DNA of 60,345 nucleotides, filler included, from Catajapyx aquilonaris (Eukaryota): NCBI GenBank assembly GCA_000934665.2. It is 3 parts of 3 records of this genome, joined end to end, with 100 filler letters (N's around TTAATTAATTAA, not from the genome) between each part and the next. Parts side by side here need not be neighbours in the genome. Positions count along the whole stretch, not along the records: positions 19,590 to 40,816 come from JYFJ02006462.1; positions 40,917 to 60,345 come from JYFJ02006464.1; 1 more part is not named here. One strand, 5' to 3'. Shown piece by piece: positions 38,201 to 50,357 of this stretch (position 1 is its first letter; each line of letters starts with the position of its first letter). The notes under the pieces were generated by a model. It saw only the letters and a program-made list of their open reading frames with translations, ran no database searches and was not told where the DNA came from. The position numbers and the translations under genes were made by a program.

Positions 38201-39002
38201 GAATAAAAATGGCCAATTATTTTTATCCTGGCCCTTGAGGGCCACACATTAGTACGTCATGTCTGCCAGGAAATTTACATGTTAGGATGAAGGGTACCGG
38301 TATATACGTACTAAATCCTCAGCTTGAGCTTGAGTGTCTTCAGGTCCCAAATGATGATGGAGATGTCCTCTGAGCCGGTCAGCAGGTACTGTCCGTTTCG
38401 GGTGACGGCCAGACACAAGGTGGGCCCACTGTGACCTTTGAAGGTGTGGACCAGCCGGCCGGACATGATGTGCCACAACTGGGGTTCGCCTGCGTTGCTG
38501 GTGGTCACCACGTGCTGACCCGACGGGGTCAGCTTAATCAGCTTGACTCCAGAAGGACACACCATCGCTGAAACATAGATCTGTAACTGAAACTGCACGG
38601 ATCGTGACCGGATCGTGCCGGATCGTTCCTGCTTATTACTTTTGATAAGCTGCGGCACAGGCGGTTGCAACCAGGCGTTCATGGGCACCAACAGGGGCTC
38701 GCTGTACCCGTCGCTCCAGGCCATGGCCGCAGCGATGACCGATCCTAGCAACCCGGTCTTGGTGCCCTCCGACTCTGACCTCAGCCAGGCCATGACCTGC
38801 GCTGCCAGCTGCAGGGAGTCCCGGCTGACCACCCCCATGGCGCAGGTCATGGTGTGGTATATCAGCTCCAGGTCACGGTTCAGGAACCTCTCTCTGACCT
38901 GCTCCAGCAGGCACAGGGTGTAGCTGACCGACACCGTCTGGACCGCGGCCAAGAGGAAGTCAAAGTTGCACACAGTCGCCTGCTTCAGTTTGGCAAACGA
39001 AT
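29281..39002 (-). CDS. NACHT- and WD40-repeat protein (NWD/qui-1-like), 3' part; NACHT-coding exons not seen
   Basis: Phase-compatible GT-AG exons 39002-38640, 38567-38312, 37535-37145, 36832-36658, 36602-36268, 36181-35741, 35095-34726, 34376-34144, 30360-30256 and probable last exon 29385-29281. Many GH...WD/WQ repeats; family-typical CNFDFLLAAVQT, RRLLKKEVSLDTYTWQ and LAQSQHF segments. Confidence 0.85.
30832..31075. mobile_element. piggyBac-type MITE
   Basis: TIR ccctttcattccca / tgggaatgaaaggg, TTAA on both sides. Confidence 0.9.
31160..32171. mobile_element. mariner-type MITE with long (~200-250 bp) degenerate TIRs
   Basis: gaggccagtcaaaagaaa... / ...tttcttttgactggccctcg followed by TA; internal inverted repeat at ~31444-31546. 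Confidence 0.8.
32420..33610. mobile_element. hAT-like non-autonomous element hosting a Tc1/mariner MITE
   Basis: TIR tacagtatggatttttaggc / gcctaaaaatccaggcttta; 8-bp TSD gttataac (32412-32419 / 33611-33618). Confidence 0.7.
32489..33050. mobile_element. Tc1/mariner-type MITE (CAGGGTG family), full length
   Basis: TA-cagggtgtaaatgaattcaatcgacaaacttgtaggggtaatagagggg... with ~180-bp near-perfect TIRs and TA TSD; relatives at 40723, 41011 and 60253. Confidence 0.95.
37681..37803 (-). mobile_element. Helentron/DINE-1-like element fragment in an NWD intron
   Basis: Reverse complement aligns with 11604-11760, including the (GACG)n tail. Confidence 0.6.
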
Positions 39003-39311
39003 CTGTCAGAGAAGGTGACATACGTCAGTGTGTCATCTACACATATTGTTACTCGTACATACAAGTTCAATTATTCGCAAATCTTAAATCTATAATATTG
39101 AAATCGTATTCGGCGTGTTTGCGTGATGCTTCCGATTGGCCCGTCGCATACTGTTGCCGCGACGCTTCTGATTGGCCCAGTTCTGCGCCTGCGCAATGGG
39201 TGGAGGACCCATTCAGTTGCTTGCTGACTTGCAGCATGTAAACATCGCTGGTCGTCTCTCCCGTCACCTCTTGTTTATTTAATTGCCAGAGTGCTATTAT
39301 TCAACGTTTTT

Positions 39312-39350
<39 letters not shown>
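39312..39350. repeat. (ATC)n microsatellite
   Basis: Direct inspection. Confidence 0.95.
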
Positions 39351-39353
<3 letters not shown>

Positions 39354-39961
39354 TCTCATCGTGTTTTTAAATTTTCTAGATAAGTAACCACTAACGGCTT
39401 GAGTGGGTAAAATGGACGCTTGAGTGCCTTTTCGCATATTTGGAAGGAGCACTCCAGCTCATTACCAGTATCGTCCTGTATAATTACGAGCTAAAAAGAA
39501 GGGCAGCAGGAAACTCTTGAGGTCTATATAAGGTCTATATTTAAAGCACTTTGAGCCCCAAAAGCACTTGTTGGCAATGTAACAGCTAAATAGGCTATTT
39601 AGGGTCTCTAAATGCTTAGATCCTAAGTGGGTTGCATCAAAGCCTCTCAGCATTGCCGCATTTATTTATCAATTAAAGAAAAAGCATTGTTTCCATATTA
39701 ATAAATGCTTGTTGGTGATTTTTATTTCAGTTATGCTATCTGCACTCTCACGACTCACACGACATAATTATGCCACGCTTCTACGATAGTGCGGTGTAAA
39801 ATAAGAAGGCAGGGCAGTAACCCAAGTCCAGGAAAAGTGTGTAAGCGATAAAGTAAGTGCGGTCAATACATCCCGAGACGGAAGTTACTCCAAGGCAAAC
39901 AGGGAAAAAAAGAAGATATGCCAAGGGTGCCTTGCTCCCACTGGCAAGACACGTGCGTCAA

Positions 39962-40034
39962 GCCCCTGTGGCCTAATGGATAAGGCATCGGTCTCCTAAA
40001 CCGGGGATTGCGGGTTCGAGTCCCGCCAGGGGTA
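39962..40034 (+). tRNA. tRNA-Arg-CCT: tRNA-Arg (anticodon CCT)
   Basis: 73-nt cloverleaf: acceptor GCCCCTG/CAGGGGT, D arm GCCT-AATGGATA-AGGC, anticodon loop CT-CCT-AA, T arm GCGGG-TTCGAGT-CCCGC; T6 Pol III terminator at 40036-40041. Confidence 0.97.
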
Positions 40035-40722
40035 CTTTTTTGAAATATTTATCAGCATAACTTGTAGTTTGACTGTGATTTAGTAATTTTTATTTTGTTA
40101 CAAACACTCTTGTCATGAGCACTCCATAAGTCTTCACTGGTGATGTCCAGTATTGGTCAATTAATACTTGTAATTTGAAATAAATGCGCGATACATAGGA
40201 CGATCCAAAAATACTTTGTTGACTAATATTTGGCATTAAACTGCTTATTTCTCATCCGTTACTTTCATTGGTTATCAAAAGTATTGGCTGCTAGTACGGT
40301 ACCCATCCTGTTTTTCTCAATCATTCTCAATTTAAAATTCATTGCAATTCGAATACTAAAATAGGATATTAATATTAGCCACTAATTTTTATAACCACTG
40401 AAAGTAACCTAATTGCAAAAATAAGCAGCTTAGTGCCTAAATTTTGCTGAAATTTTCATTGGGGAATTTTGGATTTTTGGGTCACTTCTCTTGACCACAA
40501 TGATGAAGTGAGCTAGTGTGAAAGGCTAATTCAATAACTAGATAATGGATGCCTCCTTGGAGGGTTTTCTCTCCCAAATTGTCGTTTTCACGATGTTCGT
40601 CATAGTGATACTAACAACTTGTTCTAACTTCTTTAATGAGAGGACCGAAATAAATTTCATGTAAAAAGCGAATAAATAAATAAAAATGTCTGATGCAACT
40701 TAATGACGCGTTTCACTCTATA

Positions 40723-40816
40723 CAGGGTGTTTATTGTAACTCTGCAAAGACTTTCAGGGGTAATAGAGGGGACCAAGACAAGTATTTTTGACATAGGAAC
40801 CCGTGTCCGGAAACGC
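40723..40816. mobile_element. CAGGGTG-family MITE, left arm cut by the gap
   Basis: TA-cagggtgtttattgtaactctgcaaagactttcaggggtaatagagggg... Confidence 0.9.
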
Positions 40817-40916
40817 NNNNNNNNNNNNNNNNNNNNNNNNNNNNNNNNNNNNNNNNNNNNTTAATTAATTAANNNNNNNNNNNNNNNNNNNNNNNNNNNN
40901 NNNNNNNNNNNNNNNN
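40817..40916. other. Assembly spacer (44 N + TTAATTAATTAA + 44 N)
   Basis: Identical to the spacer at 19490-19589. Confidence 0.98.
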
Positions 40917-41010
40917 AACTGTGGAGCCTGCACGTTTACACGGTCAACTTTGTTGCAGTGACGTCATGCAACAAAGTTGCTTCAACTTTGTGGAACGTGT
41001 AAAGAGGCCC

Positions 41011-41447
41011 TAACTCTGCAAAGACTTTCAGGGGTAATAGAGGAGACCAAGACAAGAATTTTTGACAAAGGAACCCGTGTCCGGAAACGCCATCCAGAGG
41101 GGGTTCATAGACAAGGAACGGGTGCGCTCAGACGCGTCACGCGGGAGGTGCCAGGTGAGCGGACTGTTTCCACGCATCTCCTAGGAGGCGTACTTTAGTT
41201 GCTAGATGGCTCTGCTGTTGCCAGGTTATGGCACATCGCATCGATGTTTACTATCCGAGCACCATCTATCAACAAAACAGTCCGCTCGCCTAGCGCCTCC
41301 CGCACGAAGCGTCTGAGCGCACCCGTTCCTTGTCTATGAACCCCCTCTAGATGGCGTTTCCGGACACAGGTTCCTATGTCAAAAATACTTGTCTTGGTCC
41401 CCTCTATTACCCATGAAAGTCTTTGCAGAGTTACAATAAACACCCTG
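41011..41447. mobile_element. CAGGGTG-family MITE, left tip missing
   Basis: Long TIRs homologous to 32489-33050; right end acaataaacaccctg followed by TA. Confidence 0.9.
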
Positions 41448-42181
41448 TAGATTAAAAGTCCGAAAAAAGGTCGGCATACACCGTATACTCCTGATTTTCC
41501 GGGCTAATGACTGCTTGGGTGTCGCCGGATAATCGGAAACTACGGATAATAGGGAAATTGTCATAAATACAGCAGAAACGAGTTATTCACAGGATTTTAA
41601 TCAATGCAGCATTGATTATATAGTTTTCAGACGTGGCCCTTTTTGTCACGCAAACTTATGAACTATACTGAGGCGTAAAATTCACGTCTAACTTCAACAA
41701 TCACCATCCTAATCCTGAAAGGTATGGTAAAGTTTATAGGAATAATGCAAGTGAAGGTGTGTACTTAATTATGCCATGCACCGAGTACAAGTGCACTTTT
41801 CGTTTGAGTAATTCAGCTGGAGATTCTCTTCCGATTGACAGTTCTTTTAAAATAACAGGTGAGAAGCATTGAAAGATTATGGTGCCATTTGGTTGTGACA
41901 TACATTGTTTTCTAGGATGCAAACGGATGCAAAAGTGACCCGATGCGACTGAGAATCCAATCAACAATTATTGCAGTGGATGTGATGTGTACAAATAGCG
42001 GGATAAATAAACAAAGTTTGCAAAAAAATGCAATAAAAACTTTTATTACTCAGAAAACATGACATTCTGTTAAATGCAGTTAAATTAAACGAGTAAAATA
42101 TATCCACTGAATCATGGTCGGTTCTTCTTTCGGTTTACTGGCATCAGGTACTCGACATCCATCATTTTATGCTGCTTCAGG

Positions 42182-45100
42182 TCAAAGTCTGTGTTGCTTG
42201 CTCTTTTTCCTGGCACTGCTTCGAGTCACCTTGTTGTCCAAAAGAAACGCTGCTATAAGAGGAACCCTCCACTTCCCCTTGGTCTTGGGCTTCTTGATAC
42301 CATACAAGAGAAGCTTGTAGTAACCTAATTGGTGCGGAGAAGCGATGGTCAGCCTCAGCTCCTGCTCATTCTCGTCCTTTCCAACAACTCCCTGTAAAGT
42401 GGAGATAATATCAGAAAATATTCATAAATGTTACCAAATATTGGTATATTGGCAGACCTTTGTAGTAACGTTGTTACCGTCGGCGTCATACAGCTGGAAC
42501 AGTGTCAACATCTCAGTTGTCTTGTGCAGCACCAACTGTCTTTTTCCACCCCAGAGTACTATGACTGGCGACGGTTGGTTCAGCAGCACCGCCCCCGTTG
42601 CGAAGAAGTCCTGGGTTAGACCCCAGGGCAGCTCATGAGCAGGCCATGGCTGAACTTGTCGTCTTGCCTGCATGGAAATTAGTGTCAATTAGCGCACAAA
42701 GTATGTCAATAACGTGTGGTCGCACCTTGGAGCAATTCAAAATGAAGGTCACCACGTGGTCCAAAATGGCCATGTCCCCCAGGTGCCTCTCTATATTTGC
42801 ATACACCTTGAGGAGGTAACGCCCTTCTTCAGGAGGAACCACCAGGTAGCTCGCAATCGAACGGTTTTCCTTCAGGTGGCAGAACACGTTGCGGTTGTGG
42901 GAAGTGCTTTCCACCTATTAATGATTCACGTTCAGTACACGTCTGCAGCTTATACTACACAATGTCCTTACAGTGTCCATAAGGAAGAACTTGTATTTGA
43001 ACCGAACTGGCTGCTGCGTCGTCAAAAGCACCTCGACCTGCTCTCTGACCTCTAAGGGCGGTCCTTTCTTAATCTTCAGCCCGTATACAAAGAAATGGGA
43101 CGAAACTAGAGGCAAATTGTTGAACTCATCCAGTGTGATCGGCTCTTGGAGTAGCTGCCATCTTGAGTAATTCTGCTCTATGTTGTCGTGTGGATAGTGC
43201 GTCCAGGCAAACTCGTCCGGATCAGTCAAAAAATAATGCTCGTCCAATCGACGCTGGAACTGACCAGTGGTGTCCACGTACCCTGCAAGTGAAGTCCATA
43301 CCTGAATACCCTCATACAAATCAATAAGGATATGAGAATTGCAAATTGTGCGACCGTGAATCAAATCTCGTGACCTCCCTCATGCACCGATCGACCAGGG
43401 TCATACCGGAAGAAATAGTGGACGTGCAATTTCCGCACTTTGGAAAGGGCTATGACCTTTCGCATGTGCATATACGTAGGGCGTTACTCCCCACTTTCTT
43501 ATCACTAAAACTGTACTGGCCCATATCCCTCGTTTTGTACGCAAACAAAAATATGGTACGGCAATGCAAAATCAATTACAAGTGACGTCAAAGGTTGGGG
43601 GGGGGGGAGTCCAAATCGGGAGTAATAATTATTACCTGTTCCCCAGGTGCAATCTAGCAACCACCATGCCCCCCTGAGGAAAACGGCGTTCCAGGCGTGA
43701 GACACGCCTTCTCCTGGCCTAAACACGCAGCCAGGTCGGAAGTCATACCCTCTTGCAAATCCATGCAGTTTCTTCACCTTGATCCTGGAAGCCTCGCACA
43801 GACCAACGAAGACTGTCACGAAATCCCTGCACACACCTGCACGAGACGATATGATGTCGTTGGGACTTTGCCGACCATCCATGTACTCCCAGTCGTACCT
43901 GCGTGTTGTAAAAGTGATCAATGCGAAGGTGATGAATCGTGAATGAGACTAACAGACCAGCAGGCTACACTTTTGTATCGGGAGACCTCACACTTTTGCC
44001 TATTTTCCTAGGGGTGTATCCGCTGAGGATGCGGGTGTATCCGCTGAGGATAAGCGTGTATCGGCTGAGGATAAGCGTGTATCGGCTGAGGATAAGCGTG
44101 TATCTGCCGGAAAGGAAGGTCATGGGGTAGGTTGGTGCAGCGTGCCCCTACCACATTTGGTCTCCCACTATGAAAGTCCTCTCTAGCACAGTACTAGCAA
44201 ATGCTTGCCAAAAGTGTATACTTGTGGTTGAAATCGATAGCCAAGCTTCCTGTCACATTACACAACTTGCGTGTTTAACTTCTAACATTTGCATGCACGG
44301 AATTCTGTGGTTGAAGTGGGTCGCTGTAAGGGCCCTCGAGGGTCCTTCTCATACCTGATGAAAGTGGCGATCCAGATGAAGTAGGCTCGTACCAGAAGAA
44401 GATGGTCGTTACCACATACGTCTACGAAGTACTGGACCAAAGTGCTGACCTCCTCCATGGCATCAGAAGGGGTCATCATCGCAGCCTGGTCCACCTGAGG
44501 TATCAGCTGGTTGGCTCCAGACAATGTTAGGAGCTCTACCTTTCGACATGGTGGAGGCTTAGCAGCGTACTGAGGTGCTTCGTCCGTTACCACATCGTTG
44601 TCCGTTTGAACCTCGACGTCCTTTCGGGACGGATCTGTCCTCATCGGTTCTGGACTAGGGGTGTACGACGGTGCCGTCTTGGGTGCTCGACCAAGACGTT
44701 TCAGGTCAAGCTGAAAGGACATTTTGTATATGCAGGACCACAACTATAGTCTACAGACACCAACCTTGGCAGTGAGTCTTCTAGTGAGCGCACTGTGGGC
44801 CGACACAGACCTGCTGGTACAACCGACCACCTGGTCGTCTGTCTGTACGGCCCGATGTACCAGTGGTCCCGATGCGGTCTGGCACGATTCGTCCTTAGTC
44901 TCAATCCGTCCGTGTTGACCCCCTGCTGACCTGCCTGACCTGATGGCCAGACACAGCAGCCTCTGGTCCGTCTGTGCAAAGGCGTCCCTGCTGTCTGCGG
45001 TATGCCTGGTCGGACTAAGCGGCACAGTCTGAACCTCCGCGTCGGCGCTCTCCGACAGATCCCAGTCAAAATCGGCCGCGTTGAAACCCGGTTCCGTCTG

Positions 45101-45211
45101 GGTGCTCCGGGTACTCGTTTCTTCCTCAGCCCATGATTCTTCAGAGTAGTTGAATTCAGATGGTGACGGATCTTCTGGTGGAGGAGGCTTGATGTCACCT
45201 TTGAACTTCAT
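42182..45211 (-). CDS. Kyphoscoliosis peptidase / hillarin-family transglutaminase-like protein
   Basis: Phase-compatible exons 45211-44765, 44710-44355, 43898-43636, 43282-42972, 42914-42726, 42667-42458, 42391-42182. Motifs VRAYFIWIA, GVC, GFARG, HAWNAV, LLDCTWGTG, EHYFLTDP..F..THYP, WQLL. Confidence 0.9.
44033..44105. repeat. 21-bp tandem repeat (gtgtatc(c/g)gctgaggataagc), ~3.5 units, intronic
   Basis: Direct inspection. Confidence 0.9.
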
Positions 45212-46057
45212 AGTGCGAATTACGATTCTAGACTACCTTCCATTGCACCCAACTCTGAAGTGTTTGTCTCCATGTGTGTGTGTGTGTGTGTATGTGAATC
45301 GAGGGTTATGTGACAAGGTTGTGTGTCTTGGTAGCGTCGCGAGGCAACTGGTCAATAGCCCCTTAGCAGGAATCGACGTTGATTCTCAGCAACAGCCCAC
45401 CACTAATCTGGAGAAGAATTGAGGAAGTCGAGAGCATGAGGAAATGCAAGCCATGGCGCATGCCATATAGAGGCGGTGGGCCCGAAGTGGTTGAGTAGAA
45501 AAACGATGACAGATAAGATCTATCAAAGTGCGAGGGGTCAATGGTCTGCACCTCTTTGTCACGCCTCTTTATTGCTGAATGACTAAAGTGTGCCTTTGAA
45601 TATAGTTACTTGCAGAGAAACTGCAAAAAAATACCCAGTAGGGTGTTACTCTGCCCAGGTTGACAATCCGTATATGGTAAGGCCGCAACGTGTGTGTGAC
45701 AAGCATGACTAATATATATATTTTTAAAACGTGTAATAAAGAAAATATATTTGGCATAATGTACCAATAATGTTTTACGTTAGAATGTAATCTAACGAAA
45801 GAACAATGCATCATTGATAACAATCAGACGCTTCCTGTGACTTGAAAAGGAGAGACCAGATAAAGTAAACAACTTCTTGACATGAAGATAATTATCATCA
45901 ATAGTTGACATCTTCACCAGGTGCATGACATATTACCATCACGGAAGGGGTATTTCTCACGCGATATTTTCTGTCAGTTATCGCCTTTTCAGTATTTGAC
46001 TGATCTACGTCATACGTAGCTTATCTGGACGAACAGCTTAGAAATAATGCATCAGGT

Positions 46058-46403
46058 TTTTTATTTATTTATTTTACCCCGTGCCAGGCGTCAAGGGCCT
46101 ATTTGGGGGGTGGCATACCACCATCAGTTTTCAAGTATTTCTTTCTTCATACACCGGTGCAAGGAATACTAGGAAATGGGGTAAGGGTTGGGGATTTTGG
46201 GGAGAGGACACATGTGCAGGTGCATTGTCCAGCGGTGGGCCAGGTGCAGTCCCCCAGGAGGTCAGGTTGCCAAGACGCCTCCTTAGGCGCGGGTCACGAC
46301 CCAATGACGCAAGCGAAAGGTTTGCTCCCGGGTGGGGATTTGAACCCGGGACCTTTCGCATAGCAAGCCGAGGCGTTACCATCTCGGCCACCGTGCCTCC
46401 CCC
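46058..46403 (-). mobile_element. tRNA-derived SINE (family A), second copy
   Basis: Homologous to 4025-4374; A/B boxes on the - strand; 14-bp TSD ataatgcatcaggt (46044-46057 / 46404-46417). Confidence 0.9.
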
Positions 46404-47169
46404 ATAATGCATCAGGTGTTAACATTTGCAGTAATATTGATTATACTGTATATAAATTAAAACTTTATTTACCTTTTATCCAGCCAGGTAGTCACGTTGC
46501 AAATGTAATAACGACATGAGCTCAATAGACATGAATTAGACAGCTGAAAAGTGGGTATTGTCATGTAATCATGGAAAGTAAACTTGATTGGAGTTTTCTG
46601 TTATTTATTCAGTCATTTCTGGAGATACACACAGATCAGAACTACAGCAACTAAAGCAGGGTGTAAATTTCAAAAAAAATATTAGGAAGACAGGGTTATG
46701 ACAAACCAAGTAAGCAATGTCCACATGGGGAAACAAACAAATAATACCTTCACCTGATTCATTTCTGAAAGTGATACATATGCACTCTAGTGAAAAATCT
46801 TCTGAACTGAACATTACTTATTAAATTTATTGCGTCAAAGAAGAGTAGCCCATACTGGAATATGATTGTTAGAATAGATAATGCACCTAATGCAGGCAGT
46901 GTTGTCAAGCCAGTGTTGATTATTATATCAGATTAGAATAATACAAATGTTGGTTAACTTCAGTAATCTCCTAGAATCAAATCTGCAGAGTATGTTAGAT
47001 ACACATCACAATATTATTAGAGTACACTCCATGTCTGATTCAATGTAATCACTAATCATAGTCAATTTAATAATTCCATCAATTCTCAAGATGCAATGCG
47101 TAACATTTTCCCACCTTTCGAAACAAAAAAAAATCAGCTGAACAATCACAAAAAGCATAACATGTAAAC

Positions 47170-49830
47170 GTACTTGAGGAAATGACTTTCAAAACCAAGT
47201 CATGCCTGGAACTATTGAATAGAAAAATACCTTCTGCCAAATTAGGCAAATTGCAAATAATTATGTTACTTAATTAATTGTATGAAACGGCTTGAAATGT
47301 CTGAATTACTGGAATGTGCGTGCATCTTGGTTTTGATAATCACGTCCTCGTTCATGACGTACTTATTTACTAATAAAACGAACACCAGCCATTCATAGGC
47401 ATCGAGGAGTCTCTCAGACTCACATGCAATGCCCATTCCTGGCAACACACACCATGCATTTACTGTACAAAATTTGGGCCCCTTGATGCTATTCGTGGGT
47501 TAAAATGTTGGAAGAAATAACATGGCATTGAAAGAAAATGCTTTAGTTATTGATAACATTAATATTTACACCTACATGATAATGATATGTTGTTACAATA
47601 CATTGGTAATACTGCCTAGATGACCATAACGGACATCATGGCAAGACAATAAGACATACGTAAAATGACAATATTTTTGATATACGGTACCTTAATATTG
47701 TCATATCGTTATAATACATCATTATAATGGATGGCTGCTCGATAGATCCAGAAAAATACTGGCATATATTAATAAAACTATCATAACGAACTATTTACAT
47801 TGCAAGCAAGTAACTATTCCTCTCCATATTCAACAAGAATGATGGCTCTGTAAATTCAAATTGGAAGTTTTTGCTGGCAGGGATGGACAGAAAGCCCACA
47901 ATAGTGCGTTGCTATATTATTTTGGAGAATTTGTGAAAATATTTAAGAAATTACCTTTGTTTGAACAGGAAGGACGTCGAGACATAGTGATAAAACTGTT
48001 AATAAAAATATCCAAAGCAAATGTATCAGATAATAATTTAAATTCCGTCGAGACAGTTAAAATGAAAGTGATTTTATCATTATTACCATATAATTATGGT
48101 GAAATTATGTGGGATAAAATGAATTCAGATCAAATTACAATATTTCAATAAAGGACATCTTAATTAATTTCTTGGCAGCCTTCAAATTCAAATGTACGAG
48201 TATGTTCTCACTGACTGCCAGGCCGTTTTTACAGACAATCATTCCAATTAAATGAACAGAGAAAATGCAAAATTGTTGCAACCGCATAATACAGCACTGC
48301 ATTGCGTCGCATACCCTATACACAAAACCTATCATGCACAATCCCATTGCTCCTTCTCGAGAGAAAAATATCCGTCTCCTTAAATTAACAAAGAACGGTA
48401 CTGACTAGTAACTAATTTATAGCTTTGTCCGCCCATATACTGTGCATATTCAGCTCGTTGTCTAACATCTCTTTCAAAAGAAATTAATGCTCTATCAACA
48501 ACTACATGTAACTTAATCTTCCCGTGGCATAGGTGACTGCTCTTGGAACATGTCACCAAAACTAAATTCTAACATTTAAACGCAACACTGGGGATTTAAA
48601 ACCAAAAACCTCATTACATGTGAATGAGTGCGCCACTGAGAAAAAATATCCCCCCCCCCCNCCCCCCCCCCTATTTCGTCACTACAAAAAGCATTAATTT
48701 TGGATCTTCTTTACAAACTCAATTATTAGATAAACTTCTTTCATCTATTCGAGCATAAATAAGTTCTTGTAAATGAATAGTGGAAACCACTTTCAATGTA
48801 ATAAATGGCGACTTATCAATGACAATGAGGCTGGCAGACTAACTCGAACTACAATCACTATTCTGTTAAACTACAACTACTACTAAACTATGCGGCAATT
48901 TCATTTTTTTACAAAAGGCAGAAGTCACAAAAACGATACCGTATATATTACACTTGAAGAAGTGACATTCAAAACCAATTCCGGCCTATAGGAAATACCA
49001 CCTGCACTATTACAAAATTGAGCCATGTTTCTACGATGCAAATAAAAATAAATTAATTTAAATCAACAATTCCACTCCAAATGAGATTAACTAATACATG
49101 TGACTGATGAGCCTCCCTATACAAAAGATATATCTGAATTACTGAAATGTGAGTGCGGGCCACTTTTGATTTTGATAATCACTTTGTCGTTTACGAACTA
49201 CTTATTTTAAAAAGGACATAAGCCATTCTTAGACAGCATTGAGAGCTCTTGCTCACATACAGTGCCCATTCCTGGCAACACACAGCATGCATTCACTGTA
49301 CATAATATGTGTAGATACTGACAGTTCATCTCAACATTCCTTTTAAAATGTTGCAGAGTAACAAATAGAATGCATATACACAAATCATTACTACTTAAAC
49401 TCATGGAATTATTATAATACCGTACATTGCTAATAACGAAAGACAAAAAAAACATTGGCATGTACTGAATCAAACCTATCATCTCGATGAAGCAATAATT
49501 TTAATTCTCATTTTCCATTATTTCAAGCTAAATTTTGGTTGTGTCAAATAAAATTGAAGAAGTGCACAAGAAACACATGACACTGCATTGCACTAGTTTA
49601 TGGTTAATTTCGTGGTTTCATAGATTTTATCTAAACAGGATCAAGGCATTCATTATTTTAAAATCCGGTATATTATATGTAAATAATTTCATCCAAATGC
49701 ATTGAAAAAATTCAACATTTGTTGTAGTGACGTAACACAGCACGACATTGCGTCCTGACACAGTGCACACTAATGCCATGCAACATCCCAATGTTATCAG
49801 GGATGTGTAACAACAGATATTTCAGCATGT
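47170..49830 (-). repeat. Diverged tandem duplication (~1.5-1.8 kb period), possibly two decayed small Cys-rich genes
   Basis: Shared blocks 47170-47200 / 48950-48980, 47298-47470 / 49132-49302 and 48290-48346 / 49737-49790. Confidence 0.55.
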
Positions 49831-50357
49831 TTCGCTCACTTTTGGGAATAAAATGAAATTAAAGAATTTGCAACGTTGACTAATCTGTCTTTCAAAAAAA
49901 AGGATCAGTCAACAACTCTGCTTTGACGCATTACACGCAATAAGTTGTCCTTACATAACAAAGTCCCAAAATCTAGATTTAATTCTGTCAGATATTAATA
50001 ATAAGTAAAAATGAGGTGATTATAACAACACACCTCTCTGCATGTGATTACAATATAAAATCTCTCCAGAAAGACTGTAAACCGGTTTCACCAGGGTTTC
50101 ACACACACACAAAAATGATTTCCCGAGATATAATTTCCCCATCATCTTTCCCCACCTTCAGTAGCACCTAATATCCTATTGGATGCTCTTTTGACTGACT
50201 CAACAATTTAATGCACAGATAAACGTCAACTGGGGCAAGTGCAGCAGGTGTGAATTAATAAAGAAAAATGCTAATTGTCAATATAAATGAGACAACAAGA
50301 CTAACAAACTGGTGCTAAACATGATTCCCAATTCCATCATAATATATTATGTCACTT

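Noticed and set aside
35789..38923. Plus-strand ORFs overlapping the WD40 exons (similarly over the SCCPDH, KY-like and FPPS exons)
   Set aside because: Antisense shadows of real coding exons.
5754..39002. Prenylation cluster (FPPS plus a CaaX protein)
   Set aside because: The genes are over 20 kb apart across an artificial gap, and the FPPS copy is broken.
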